A DNA stretch of 64,000 nucleotides from Fidelibacterota bacterium (GTDB lineage Bacteria > Fidelibacterota > Marinisomatia > Marinisomatales > Marinisomataceae), in NCBI GenBank assembly GCA_965212055.1, contig OZ243041.1, forward strand, positions 736,001 to 800,000, given 5' to 3'. Below are positions 1-10,362 of the stretch, piece after piece (positions within the stretch are counted from its first letter, which is position 1; each line of letters begins with the position of its first letter). The notes beneath the pieces were generated by a model. It was not told the DNA's origin and did not search any database. It saw only the letters and a list, made by a program, of their open reading frames with translations. A program made the translations under genes and the position numbers.

Positions 1-1622
1 GTTTGATAAATTAATTGCTCTGCTTGATTTTTTGTGTCAATCTGATCTCTTTTTTCTTTGTCTTCTGATTCATGTTTCTTAGCATCGTTGACCATTTTCT
101 CAATTTCTTGATCAGATAAACCACTTGAAGCTTCGATTCTGATACTTTGCTCTTTTCCAGAAGCCTTATCAACCGCTTTGACATTTAGAATACCATCGGC
201 ATCCATATCAAATGATACTTCAATCTGAGGTACGCCTCGTGGAGATGGAGGAATTCCATCCAAGTGAAAACGTCCAATAGTCTTATTATCAACAGCCATC
301 TGTCTTTCACCTTGAGTAACAATAATCTCTACAGCTGGTTGATTGTCTGCTGCGGTACTAAATATCTGAGATTTCTGTGTTGGTATAGTTGTATTCTTTT
401 CAATCAGTCCTGTAGAAACGCCCCCTAGCGTTTCAATTCCTAACGTCAAAGGAGTCACATCAAGCAATAACACATCGTCTACATCACCAGCAAGAACTCC
501 TGCCTGGATTGCAGCTCCTAATGCAACGACTTCATCTGGATTAACACTTTGATTTGGATCTTTTCCAAAAATATTTTTTACTTTATCTTGAATACAAGGA
601 ATTCTTGTTGATCCACCAACCAATATTACTTCATCAATATCTTTTGCAGTTAACTTTGCATCTTTTAATGCCTGCTTACAAGGACCGACTACTCTTTCAA
701 CAAGGTCTGCAACCAATTTCTCGAAATTTGCCCTAGTTAAAGTTGTATTTAAATGTTTAGGCCCAGAAGAATCAGCAGTAATAAATGGTAAATTGATTTC
801 TGTTTGTTTTGAAGATGATAGTTCTTTCTTTGCATTTTCTGCTGCATCTTTTAAACGTTGCAAAGCCATTGGATCTTTTCGTAAATCAATGCCTTCATTC
901 TTTTTAAAATCATCAGCTAGCCAATCAACAACTTTTTGGTCAAAATCATCTCCACCTAATCTACCATCACCATTACTAGCGTTTACTTCTATTGACTGTC
1001 CATCATCATTCACAATATCTAAGATAGAAATATCAAATGTACCTCCACCTAAATCAAATACAGCTATTTTTTCATCTTTCTTTTTGTCAAGACCATAAGC
1101 CAATGATGCGGCTGTCGGTTCATTAATAATTCTTTTAACATTTAAACCAGCAATCTTCCCTGCATCTTTAGTAGCTTTTCTTTGGGAATCATTAAAGTAC
1201 GCAGGAACAGTAATAACAGCATCTGTTACATCCGTTCCTAAATGTTGTTCGGCCATTTGTTTCATCTTCTGTAAAACCATGGCACTAATTTCTTGTGGTT
1301 GATATTCTTTGCTATTTGCATTCACAAGCACTTTCTTGCCTTTAACTGCTACTTTATAAGATACGTCTTTTGTATCTTGTTCTATTTCAGCAGGCGTTCT
1401 ACCCATAAATCTTTTAATTGAATAAATAGTATTAGTTGGATTTGTAACAGCTTGTCGTTTTGCTGGATCCCCAACCAAACGATCACCTTCTTTTGTGAAT
1501 GCTACTACGGAAGGGGTCGTTCTTCCTCCTTCAGGACTTGTAATAACAGTTGGCTCTCCACCCTCCATCACAGATACACACGAATTTGTTGTACCTAAGT
1601 CTATTCCAATAATTTTTCCCAT
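1..1622 (-). CDS. dnaK: Chaperone DnaK (Hsp70), 3' end runs off the window
   Basis: Manual translation from ATG 1622: [17 protein letters not shown], ...[12 protein letters not shown]..., [13 protein letters not shown]. Open to position 1; AGGAGA RBS upstream. Absent from the ORF track because no stop lies in the window. Confidence 0.98.
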   Translation of the reverse strand, partial: MGKIIGIDLGTTNSCVSVMEGGEPTVITSPEGGRTTPSVVAFTKEGDRLVGDPAKRQAVTNPTNTIYSIKRFMGRTPAEIEQDTKDVSYKVAVKGKKVLVNANSKEYQPQEISAMVLQKMKQMAEQHLGTDVTDAVITVPAYFNDSQRKATKDAGKIAGLNVKRIINEPTAASLAYGLDKKKDEKIAVFDLGGGTFDISILDIVNDDGQSIEVNASNGDGRLGGDDFDQKVVDWLADDFKKNEGIDLRKDPMALQRLKDAAENAKKELSSSKQTEINLPFITADSSGPKHLNTTLTRANFEKLVADLVERVVGPCKQALKDAKLTAKDIDEVILVGGSTRIPCIQDKVKNIFGKDPNQSVNPDEVVALGAAIQAGVLAGDVDDVLLLDVTPLTLGIETLGGVSTGLIEKNTTIPTQKSQIFSTAADNQPAVEIIVTQGERQMAVDNKTIGRFHLDGIPPSPRGVPQIEVSFDMDADGILNVKAVDKASGKEQSIRIEASSGLSDQEIEKMVNDAKKHESEDKEKRDQIDTKNQAEQLIYQ

Positions 1623-1657
1623 AATTTCTCCTAAAATTTAATTTTCAGTATTATTGT

Positions 1658-1673
1658 TGCAAAGATTATGCCA
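1658..1673 (-). promoter_or_regulatory. Sigma-54 (-24/-12) promoter upstream of dnaK
   Basis: Minus strand reads TGGCAT-AATCT-TTGCA, matching TGGCAC-N5-TTGCW with correct GG/GC spacing, 35 nt upstream of the dnaK ATG. Confidence 0.75.
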
Positions 1674-1685
1674 ATAAGATATATA

Positions 1686-1719
1686 TGTCATATTGATATA
1701 AAAATATGACAATATGGCA
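1686..1719. promoter_or_regulatory. Inverted/direct repeat, candidate activator-binding site for the dnaK promoter
   Basis: TGTCATATT-N8-AATATGACA (1686-1711) plus an overlapping third copy AATATGGCA (1711-1719). Confidence 0.5.
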
Positions 1720-1734
1720 CTAAATTAAGGTATT

Positions 1735-2394
1735 TTATAGATTTAGAAGCTTACCGTCAGACAATTCCATCTTTTGATGGCCTATATCAAAAACCTTATT
1801 GTCATGGGTAGCAATCACGAAAGTTAATCCAAAATCTTTGTTTAATTTTTTAAACAAATCAATCAATTTTGTGGCATTATTTGAATCTAAATTTCCAGTG
1901 GGTTCATCTGCTATGATAATTGAAGGTTTATTAATTACAGCTCTCATTACAGATACTCTTTGTTTTTCTCCGCCAGACAAATCTAATGGAAATGAATCTT
2001 TTTTATTTAATAACCCAAAATATTCAAAAAGTGTATCTAAAAAATCTTGATCAACCTTCTTACCTGAAATCAGTGCTGGAACAGAAATATTTTCAATAAC
2101 ATTTAGTTCTGGTATAAGGTTATGAAACTGAAAGATGAATCCAAGATGATTATTACGGATATCAGAAAAATCATTACAATCGTTCAAATTAATATCATTA
2201 ATAAAAATATCCCCACTATCTGGGTTATCTAAAGTACCTAATAAGCTTAACAAAGTTGACTTGCCTGATCCAGAAGGGCCTTTTATGGTTAGAATAGAAC
2301 CTTTTTTAACCTCGAATGAAATGCCTTTCAATACTTCTAGTTTAATACCTACATCATCATAAGATTTCTTAATATTTTTTACTGATAATATCAT
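1735..2394 (-). CDS. lolD: Lipoprotein-releasing ABC transporter ATP-binding protein
   Basis: Walker A GPSGSGKST, LSGGEKQRV, IIADEPTGNLD, GFIFQFHNL; follows two LolC/E-like permeases. Confidence 0.85.
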   Translation of the reverse strand: MILSVKNIKKSYDDVGIKLEVLKGISFEVKKGSILTIKGPSGSGKSTLLSLLGTLDNPDSGDIFINDINLNDCNDFSDIRNNHLGFIFQFHNLIPELNVIENISVPALISGKKVDQDFLDTLFEYFGLLNKKDSFPLDLSGGEKQRVSVMRAVINKPSIIIADEPTGNLDSNNATKLIDLFKKLNKDFGLTFVIATHDNKVFDIGHQKMELSDGKLLNL

Positions 2395-3521
2395 ATATTT
2401 TTATTAATTAAAATTATAGGATTTATTTTTTTCATAATCATCAAAGGCAAAGATGCAAATATGCCAACAATTATTATTGAAAATGATATTAATAAAGAAA
2501 TTTCTTTAAAACCAATCTTCATTGGAAGCTTCTCCACAATATAAAACTCTGGATTTAACATGATGAATCCAAATTGGTTCTGCAAAATAATAAGCAATGA
2601 GGATAATAATACTCCTCCAATAATTGCAGTAAGTGATAAGAGATAGCCATAAGTAAGAAAAACCATAGATATTTTTCTTTCTGTCATTCCAAAAGCATTT
2701 AAAATAGCCATTTCTCGTGTTTTCTTTGTTGAAATCTGTAGAATGGAAGATGATAAATTAAATGAAGCAACTATGATAATTAGAAATAATGTAAAAAAAG
2801 CAATTTTCTTTTCAATTTCTGTCGCTTCAAAGAGTTGTTTATTTCTATCTTTCCACGAAACTAGTTTGTCCTTAGAATATTTCCCCAACAACCCTTCAAT
2901 ATTGCCCAATATTTCAATTCCAGTAAATTCATTAGCAAGATTATTGTTGTCAAAAGAATTAAAAGCAAGAAATTCATCAGATCGTAATATTTTGTTACTA
3001 TAAATATCTTTTACAAATAATTTTTTATGAGGAATAATAGTTACATTGTTTACAGCAAGATTGGTATCATATATTGAAATTGAATCACCAATACTTATAT
3101 TCATTTTTTCAGCTAAAGATTTACCAATGATGATATCATTATTGCCTACAGAATTACTATTTAATCGATCTAAATCATAAAAAGTATTAATTTGATCTGT
3201 AAATACTGTCTTCAATTTTATTAATGATTGCTTGTTTCCTTTTAAAACAAAGAATTCTTCTTCAAAAAACGGGGAATATTTAAAATCACTATCAATATTT
3301 CTTACAAAATCTTCATTTGTATCTAAAAGAATATAATCCCCATATAGTTTCTTTGTTTCGTCACCCAATACATTTTGAAATCCATTTAAAACAGCGATAG
3401 ATAACACAATAGAAGCTGCTCCAATAAACAATCCTAAGAATGAAACAATATTGATCATCCCTCCTTGAAATAAATTCCTAGAAATCAAAAATCTTTTGGC
3501 TATTAAAAATATTATATTCAT
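2391..3521 (-). CDS. LolC/LolE-family (FtsX-like) ABC permease
   Basis: N-terminal TM with LSIAVLNGF, periplasmic domain, three C-terminal TMs, IIVASFNL and YIVEKLP. Confidence 0.8.
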   Translation of the reverse strand: MNIIFLIAKRFLISRNLFQGGMINIVSFLGLFIGAASIVLSIAVLNGFQNVLGDETKKLYGDYILLDTNEDFVRNIDSDFKYSPFFEEEFFVLKGNKQSLIKLKTVFTDQINTFYDLDRLNSNSVGNNDIIIGKSLAEKMNISIGDSISIYDTNLAVNNVTIIPHKKLFVKDIYSNKILRSDEFLAFNSFDNNNLANEFTGIEILGNIEGLLGKYSKDKLVSWKDRNKQLFEATEIEKKIAFFTLFLIIIVASFNLSSSILQISTKKTREMAILNAFGMTERKISMVFLTYGYLLSLTAIIGGVLLSSLLIILQNQFGFIMLNPEFYIVEKLPMKIGFKEISLLISFSIIIVGIFASLPLMIMKKINPIILINKNI

Positions 3522-4687
3522 TAGTTTTTAAGAATTTTTGATGGGTTAATAGACAAAATTTGAAGCAATGCTATCAATGAAAAAACAACACTTGCAATTA
3601 CACTAATGGCAAGAATATATAGAGAATTTTTTACGCTGAATAGCATAGGTAAATAACTAACAAAATAAATATTTTCTGATAGCGAAATAATATGAAACTT
3701 CTCTTGCAGAAGGACAATAATAAAAGATAGAAAAATACCTAATATCGAACCAATCAGCGCTAATACTACACCTTGAATCGTAAATAGAAATGATAATCTT
3801 TTATTTGACATTCCATATGTTTTCATAATTGCTAGATTAAATCTTTTCTCATAAAAGAGAATATTGATTGAACTCATTAGATTGAAATAAGATACTAAAG
3901 CAATTAAACTAAAAATAAATATAATTGGCCATTTCTGAGTATTAATCCACCTAAAAAGCTCACTGTGTCTATCTTTAAGATTAATTTGATAAAATGGCAA
4001 ATCTAATTCCTGAATATTAAGAGATTGATCAAATACCATCCAACCACTGATATGATCATCAACACTGAAATAAGATTGAACTACTTCTATTGGCATAAAA
4101 ATTAGTCTTGAATCGTAATCATAGATGCCAGAAGAATAAATATCTTTCACTTTTAGAAATAAAAATCTTTCCTTGTTTACAATTGATTGGTTTGCTAGTG
4201 GATTTAATAAGATGAGAGGATCGCCTTTTTGTATTTCCAACTTATTAGCTAGTTCATTTCCGATAATAACATCATTATTAGATAATTGATTCTGGCTAGT
4301 ATGTTTAAAAAGAGTAAAATGATTGAGATTATCTGCTTGTACACCATATATAATAACATTATTGCTACTTGCTTTAGATTTTATGATAGCAGGTTTTTCA
4401 ATATATTCAAAAATAAGAGATTTGTCCTCTTGAACTATATCAGATAATGGTATTTCTGATCTGTCAAAGGTATTTTGAAATAAATTATTGATTGTAGAAT
4501 AGCCATTTATACTTGATAATTTTTCAAAAATCTTATTCTCGAAACCTGATACTGAACTCAATACTATATTTAGAGATGCAATACCAATAGATAGACTAAT
4601 AATTGAAACAAGGTTTGTTATTCTGAAAAAAAAATTACTTTGTCTTGAGAAGAATAATCTTTTTAAAACAAGAAATATAAAATTCAT
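3521..4687 (-). CDS. LolC/LolE-family (FtsX-like) ABC permease
   Basis: Same architecture: SSVSGF, YSSGIYDYD, YFVSYLP. Confidence 0.8.
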   Translation of the reverse strand: MNFIFLVLKRLFFSRQSNFFFRITNLVSIISLSIGIASLNIVLSSVSGFENKIFEKLSSINGYSTINNLFQNTFDRSEIPLSDIVQEDKSLIFEYIEKPAIIKSKASSNNVIIYGVQADNLNHFTLFKHTSQNQLSNNDVIIGNELANKLEIQKGDPLILLNPLANQSIVNKERFLFLKVKDIYSSGIYDYDSRLIFMPIEVVQSYFSVDDHISGWMVFDQSLNIQELDLPFYQINLKDRHSELFRWINTQKWPIIFIFSLIALVSYFNLMSSINILFYEKRFNLAIMKTYGMSNKRLSFLFTIQGVVLALIGSILGIFLSFIIVLLQEKFHIISLSENIYFVSYLPMLFSVKNSLYILAISVIASVVFSLIALLQILSINPSKILKN

Positions 4688-6159
4688 TTTAATGATTTAA
4701 GTGTTGGAAAAAGAATGGCATCTCTGATCCATCTTGTATCAATAAATAACATGGTCAAACGATCAATTCCAATACCAACGCCTGCTGTAGGAGGCATTCC
4801 TGTTTCAATAGCTTCTAAGAAATTTTCATCAACTGGAAAAGCATTTTCATCTCCATCTTCTCTCTTTTTTGATTGATCTTCAAATCTATTTCTTTGATCT
4901 ATTGGATCATTAAGTTCAGAAAAACCATTAGCAAATTCCATTCCCGCAATGAATAATTCGAATCTTTCCGTAAAATTTTTATTACCATCTCTATTAATTT
5001 TAGCTAATGGAGATATTTCTACAGGATGATTAATAACATAAGTTGGATTAATCAAATTAGGTTCAATTTTTCTTCTCATTATTTCATCAATCATTTTAGC
5101 TAGACCATCGCTCTTTTTAACCTTCAAATCTAATTGTTTACATAAATTGAGTACTGCTTTTATATCACTTAAATCTACAGATTCACCAGTATGTTCCTGG
5201 ATTAATTCATCCATTGATTTTCTTGCAAATTTCTTGGAAAGATTAATCTTATGTCCATCCCAAGAGATTGTTTTCATATTTAAGTCATTTGCTACTTTTT
5301 TAAACATTTTTTCAACAAAATCCATCATAAAATTATAATCAGCATATGCTTGATAAAATTCCAACATAGTAAATTCAGGATTATGGCTACGATCAATACC
5401 TTCATTTCTGAAATCTTTTGACATTTCATAAACTTTTTCAAATCCGCCAACAATTAATTGTTTTAGATAAAGTTCGGTTGCAATTCTTAAATAAAATTCT
5501 TGATCTAAAGCATTATGAAATGTCTTAAAAGGTTTTGCATTTGCTCCTCCATACACAGGTTGCAATACTGGTGTTTCTACTTCTATGTAACCATTTGTGT
5601 TTAAGAATTCTCTAATTGAATTAACAATCTTAAATCGTTTCACATAATTTTCTTTTGTTTCTGGATTAATAATTAAGTCTAAATAACGCTTTCTATATCG
5701 AAATTCTTTGTCAGAAACCAAATTATATTTTTCTCCATCTTTCTCTTTTACATCAGGTATTGGTCTTAAATTTTTGCTTAAGAGAGTTAATGTCTTCACT
5801 TTTACTGTAACAGCACCCGTCTTGGTAATAAAAACTGTTCCACTAACCCCGATATGATCTCCAATATCTATTAATTTGAAAAGATTATAGCTATCATCAC
5901 CAACATCATCTTTTGCTATATATAATTGCACTCTTCCTGATTCATCTTGGATATTTGTAAAGGCAGCTTTTCCCATATTTCGCAATGACATTACTCTACC
6001 TGCAACAGAAACTTTCTTATCAACAATATCTTCAGTTACTTCACTTGTAGTATGACTACATTTAAATTCATATGGGTAGGGATTGATACCTAAATCGCGG
6101 ATTTTCTTTAACTTTTCTAGACGACTTTCTATAATTTGTTCTAAACTTTTATTTTCCAT
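4684..6159 (-). CDS. lysS: Lysine--tRNA ligase (class II)
   Basis: OB-fold with VAGRVMSLRNMGK; YLRIATELYLK, FRNEGIDRSHNPEF, GMPPTAGVGIGIDRL. Confidence 0.98.
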   Translation of the reverse strand: MENKSLEQIIESRLEKLKKIRDLGINPYPYEFKCSHTTSEVTEDIVDKKVSVAGRVMSLRNMGKAAFTNIQDESGRVQLYIAKDDVGDDSYNLFKLIDIGDHIGVSGTVFITKTGAVTVKVKTLTLLSKNLRPIPDVKEKDGEKYNLVSDKEFRYRKRYLDLIINPETKENYVKRFKIVNSIREFLNTNGYIEVETPVLQPVYGGANAKPFKTFHNALDQEFYLRIATELYLKQLIVGGFEKVYEMSKDFRNEGIDRSHNPEFTMLEFYQAYADYNFMMDFVEKMFKKVANDLNMKTISWDGHKINLSKKFARKSMDELIQEHTGESVDLSDIKAVLNLCKQLDLKVKKSDGLAKMIDEIMRRKIEPNLINPTYVINHPVEISPLAKINRDGNKNFTERFELFIAGMEFANGFSELNDPIDQRNRFEDQSKKREDGDENAFPVDENFLEAIETGMPPTAGVGIGIDRLTMLFIDTRWIRDAILFPTLKSLK

Positions 6160-6171
6160 CGCTCAATAAAC

Positions 6172-7267
6172 TTATTTCTTTTTTTCCATTTTATCTAATA
6201 AATAACTATATATAAAGTCATCAATGTTTCCATCCATAACACTTTTTACATTTCCAACTTCAAACTTTGTTCTATGGTCTTTTATCATATTATAAGGATG
6301 AAAAACATAAGACCGAATTTGATTCCCCCAAGCAATATCTTTCTTATTATCCTCTAATAATTTTTTTGATTCCAAATTTTTTTCAATCTCTATTTGATAA
6401 ATCTTTGATTTCAATACTTTTAGTGCTTGTTCTTTATTCTTGTGCTGAGATCGCTGACTTTGGCATTGAGTAACGATACCTGTTGGTATGTGTGTAATCC
6501 TAATAGCAGAATCCGTCTTATTGACATGTTGTCCTCCTGCACCACTTGCTCGAAATGTATCAATTCTTAAATCTTTCTGATTTACCTCTATGTTAACAGC
6601 TTCATCAGCCACAGGATAAACAAAAACAGAAGCAAATGAGGTATGTCTTCTACTATTGGAATCAAAAGGAGAAATTCGAACTAACCTATGAATTCCAACT
6701 TCTGACTGAAGAAGCCCATATGCATAACTACCTACAACTTCAATTGTACAATCCTTAATACCGGCTTCGTCTCCTGATTGGAAGTCGATAGTATTAAATT
6801 TAAAGTTTTTAGATTCTCCCCACATAGAATACATTCTGTATAACATCTGTGCCCAATCTTGACTTTCTGTCCCACCAGCACCTGGATGAATCGAAATAAT
6901 TGCATCCTTAGAATCATTTTTTCCATTGAGAATTAACTTTAATTCAAATTCTTTAATTAGTTTCGAGAAATTTTTTAATTCTATTTCAAACTCAGATTCA
7001 CTAACCTGATTATCGTTCAAGAAATCATATAGGACTTCAATATCGCTTGATTTTTGAATTAACTCTTTTCTTAATTCTATATCTTTTTCAGACATAGATA
7101 TTGCTTTCATTAAAGATGCTGTTTTTTGATTATCTTTCCAGAGAGAAGGATCTGATGTTTTTTCTTTTAGTGCAGCAAGAGAGGTTTCTTTGCCTTCAAG
7201 GTCAAAGATACCTCCTAATCTGATTAAATTTTTCTAGTAGAGAATTATATTTTTCTTTTAAATCCAT
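6172..7267 (-). CDS. prfB: Peptide chain release factor 2, with programmed +1 frameshift
   Basis: ATG 7267 gives MDLKEKYNSLLEKFNQIRRYL, then CTT-TGA-C; the +1 frame continues DLEGKE... into the 312-aa ORF with SPF and GGQ motifs. About 364 aa in total. Confidence 0.97.
7201..7216 (-). other. prfB +1 frameshift signal
   Basis: Minus strand AGGAGG-TAT-CTT-TGA-C: internal SD, slippery CTT codon and TGA stop. Confidence 0.96.
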
Positions 7268-8703
7268 ACACTGATTAGAAAACCTATTGTTAATAAAATT
7301 CCAGTTAAAAAATGTATCCCAATTGTTGAAACATTCACAATCAATAATTCGTATGGAAGCTGTTCAATATTAGCATCTTCTTTTTCCCATTCATTTAACC
7401 AGCTTCTACCCTTCTTTGATGCAAAATAAAAGAGGAAAATTGGCAATAATGCTATTGATGCTACCGGATTAATTGTTATAGAACCAAATGCAATGATTGC
7501 AAAAGCTATAATCATAGAATATTCCCAAACTTTGAATGGAATTCTATAATTAGCTTTTTCACCTGGTCCTGCAAGCCTAACAACCCAACTATTTTTGTTG
7601 GTTGCTTTATCAGCATTATAATCTTGGAAACAATTAATAAATAAAACCAAAGCAATAAATATTCCGACTGGAATTGAAAATAACAATGTTGTGAATAAAT
7701 CAACAGACTGATTCTGCATATATGCAGCACCATAGACCATTACAGGCCCAAATCCTAAAAATACAGCAATATCACCTAGACCATTATAAGATAATCTCAA
7801 GAATCCTGTATACATTACACCCAAAAAGATTCCAATTAATCCCAAAGACATTAAAGGTGATAGCGCAAAATAAGCACCATTTAAATCATAGTTTAATTTT
7901 AGTCCAATTATAATTGTTGCAACAAAAAATCCTATAGAAAGAAGCAAGACATTTGCAGGAGTCATTAAACCTGATTGAATAACCCTAGATCCACCATTAA
8001 AAGGACTAAATAACTTATTTGTTTCATCATTTCTAGATGTATGATCAAAATAATCATTCATTACATTAGTACCACAATGAGCAAAAATAGCCCCGAGAAG
8101 CGTTAACCAAAAAATATTCCAATGAAATGGATTAGGATAATCCCCCCAATAGGCAATAGATGAACCAAGCAAAATAGGAGCAATTGTTGCTGTTAAGAAA
8201 GGAGCTCTTACGACTGTAATAAAATATTTTATCTTACGGGTTAGAGATCCAATAATTTGAGATAATAAACTTGGTTTATTATCTGGAAGCTCCATCCATT
8301 CAAATTGTTTTTCAGCATAAAAATCAACATATTTTATCACAGTTGGTTTAATCTTGTAATAACCAACAACATCATTTTCGATAAGAAATTCATCATTCAT
8401 GTAACTTTCAAATGCTTTTGTAACATTTAAAATTAATTGTTTAGCTTTTTCTTTTTCATGATTGTCTGTAATTTTTTCCGCAAATCCATCAATTTGAAGT
8501 TCTTTAATTCCCTCTTCATTTTCTGGTCTAATAACACATTGAACATGAGGATTAAAAGCAATCTGAGTTGCTTTTCTAGTTGGGTTGAATGTAAAGAAAT
8601 ATATGTTTAAACCATCATTAGAAAAATAAACATTCGCTGCTGAAGAATTTCCTGAAACACTTGTTGCTAATGTAAGGAAATCAGAACGATTCATTAAGTC
8701 CAA
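7258..8703 (-). CDS. menA: Fusion: N-terminal PNPOx-like split-barrel domain plus MenA-type (UbiA family) prenyltransferase
   Basis: First ~140 aa: LTLATS, IYFFT, TRKATQIAFNPHV, LQIDGFAE. Remainder: RAPFLTAT, NDYFD, FNGGSRVI, NCFQDYNAD and multiple TMs. Start codon uncertain. Confidence 0.8.
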   Translation of the reverse strand: MDLMNRSDFLTLATSVSGNSSAANVYFSNDGLNIYFFTFNPTRKATQIAFNPHVQCVIRPENEEGIKELQIDGFAEKITDNHEKEKAKQLILNVTKAFESYMNDEFLIENDVVGYYKIKPTVIKYVDFYAEKQFEWMELPDNKPSLLSQIIGSLTRKIKYFITVVRAPFLTATIAPILLGSSIAYWGDYPNPFHWNIFWLTLLGAIFAHCGTNVMNDYFDHTSRNDETNKLFSPFNGGSRVIQSGLMTPANVLLLSIGFFVATIIIGLKLNYDLNGAYFALSPLMSLGLIGIFLGVMYTGFLRLSYNGLGDIAVFLGFGPVMVYGAAYMQNQSVDLFTTLLFSIPVGIFIALVLFINCFQDYNADKATNKNSWVVRLAGPGEKANYRIPFKVWEYSMIIAFAIIAFGSITINPVASIALLPIFLFYFASKKGRSWLNEWEKEDANIEQLPYELLIVNVSTIGIHFLTGILLTIGFLISVWI

Positions 8704-8723
8704 TATTTTATCTTTTAGAATAA

Positions 8724-9500
8724 CTATTCCTCTTTTATGCTAGCTAACTTGTTTTTTAGGAGAACATTTAATTCATCTAAACTAAGAGAAGAACTTATAA
8801 AATGTCCATCTTCGGCAACAGAAATTTTTCCAGTTTCTTCAGATATGACAACTGCCAGTGCATCGCTTTCTTCAGAAATACCTAAGGCAGCCCTATGTCG
8901 AGTACCCATTTCTGGGTTAAGTGTTTTACTTTTAGTTAATGGTAATATACATGCAGCAGCTTCAATAATATTGCTATGAATAATAACAGCACCATCATGT
9001 AATAAAGAAGATGGATTAAAAATAGACATAATTAATTCAGGACTGAATACCGATCCCATCTTTACCCCATCATCACTAACAGTTTTTAATGAATTTTCTC
9101 TTTCAAGAACAATAATTGCACCCCATTTATGTTTGCGAATTTCACCAACACATGTAACAATTTCATCTTCAATAGAAATCTCTTCAATTTGAAATAATCT
9201 TCTAATAATTCTATTTTGTCCGAGAGCAGTTAACAATCTTCTAATTTCTGGTTGAAATAAAATAACAAAAACTACTACCCAAACTGCTTGAAATAAATTA
9301 AGCAACCAAGATGTGGCTCTAAAACCAAGTATATTTACTACAAAACCAGCAAAAAATAGAATCAGCAGACCAATTAACATTTGTCCACCCCTTGTTCCTC
9401 TAAAATAACTATAAGAATAAGAGAAGATAAAAGTTACCAAAGCTAAATCAAGCAAATCAGTAAGTGTAAATTTTAGAAAACCTATCTCAAATAAATTCAT
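8724..9500 (-). CDS. cdaA: Diadenylate cyclase CdaA (DacA)
   Basis: Three N-terminal TMs, FQPEIRR, catalytic HDGA and GTRHRAA, VISEETG. Confidence 0.93.
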   Translation of the reverse strand: MNLFEIGFLKFTLTDLLDLALVTFIFSYSYSYFRGTRGGQMLIGLLILFFAGFVVNILGFRATSWLLNLFQAVWVVVFVILFQPEIRRLLTALGQNRIIRRLFQIEEISIEDEIVTCVGEIRKHKWGAIIVLERENSLKTVSDDGVKMGSVFSPELIMSIFNPSSLLHDGAVIIHSNIIEAAACILPLTKSKTLNPEMGTRHRAALGISEESDALAVVISEETGKISVAEDGHFISSSLSLDELNVLLKNKLASIKEE

Positions 9501-9510
9501 AATATATAAT

Positions 9511-10362
9511 TTAGGTATTTAAACCATTTGAGTTAAAAATTTTATTTGCAATTGTTAAAGACCTTTTTGCCTCTTTTACATTATGCACCCGAAAAATTTT
9601 ACACCCCTTTGCAAGTGCAACAGTATTGGAAACAATAGTTCCTTGTAATCTATCATCTTCACCAACATTTAATGTTCTGCCAATAAACGATTTATTAGAA
9701 ATCCCAATTAATAATGGATAATCAAGTGAAGTTAGTTTTTCTAATTGATTAATAATTTCAAAATTATGTTCAATAGTTTTGCCAAAACCTATGCCTGGAT
9801 CTAATATAATATTATTCTTGTCGATATTATTATTAATCGCATAGTTTGCTCTTTCTAAAAGATGTGATTTGATTTCTGTAATCAAATTATCGTATTTAGG
9901 GTCTTCTTGCATTGCTTTTGGGTTCCCTTTAATATGCATCAGTATAACTGGACAATTAAATTCTTTAACAACATCAATCATTTTATCATCAAACAACATT
10001 CCACTAATATCATTAATAATATTTGCACCAATAATACAAGATTCTCTTGCTACATACGATTTAGTAGTATCAATAGAAATAACTACATCTGTTTTATCAT
10101 GTAATTTTTCAATTACTGGTAATACTCTTGAGCATTCATCCTCTTCAGATACTGGATCAGAAAATGGCCTAGTAGATTCTCCACCTATATCAATTATATC
10201 AGCACCTTCTTTAATCATTAATAAAGCATGATCAACCGCTTTCTGCGTATCATAATATAGGCCTCCGTCACTAAAAGAATCAGGAGTCACATTAAGTATA
10301 CCCATTATCAGAGATCTTTTATCTTTGGAGATTAACCAATGCTTGAATTCAGAAATATTCAC
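9511..10362 (-). CDS. folP: Dihydropteroate synthase
   Basis: MGILNVTPDSFSDGG, DIGGESTRP, DPGIGFGK, RVHNV. Confidence 0.97.
   Translation of the reverse strand: MNISEFKHWLISKDKRSLIMGILNVTPDSFSDGGLYYDTQKAVDHALLMIKEGADIIDIGGESTRPFSDPVSEEDECSRVLPVIEKLHDKTDVVISIDTTKSYVARESCIIGANIINDISGMLFDDKMIDVVKEFNCPVILMHIKGNPKAMQEDPKYDNLITEIKSHLLERANYAINNNIDKNNIILDPGIGFGKTIEHNFEIINQLEKLTSLDYPLLIGISNKSFIGRTLNVGEDDRLQGTIVSNTVALAKGCKIFRVHNVKEAKRSLTIANKIFNSNGLNT

Noticed and set aside
950..1050. DnaK variant NGDGRLGG (usually NGDTHLGG) as a specialised Hsp70
   Set aside because: [15 protein letters not shown] and the LLLDVTPL linker are intact; treated as ordinary divergence.
554..1098. Plus-strand ORFs 554-736 and 793-1098, and the many other short antisense or off-frame ORFs in the track
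   Set aside because: They are shadows of well-supported genes (here dnaK) and have no recognisable motifs.
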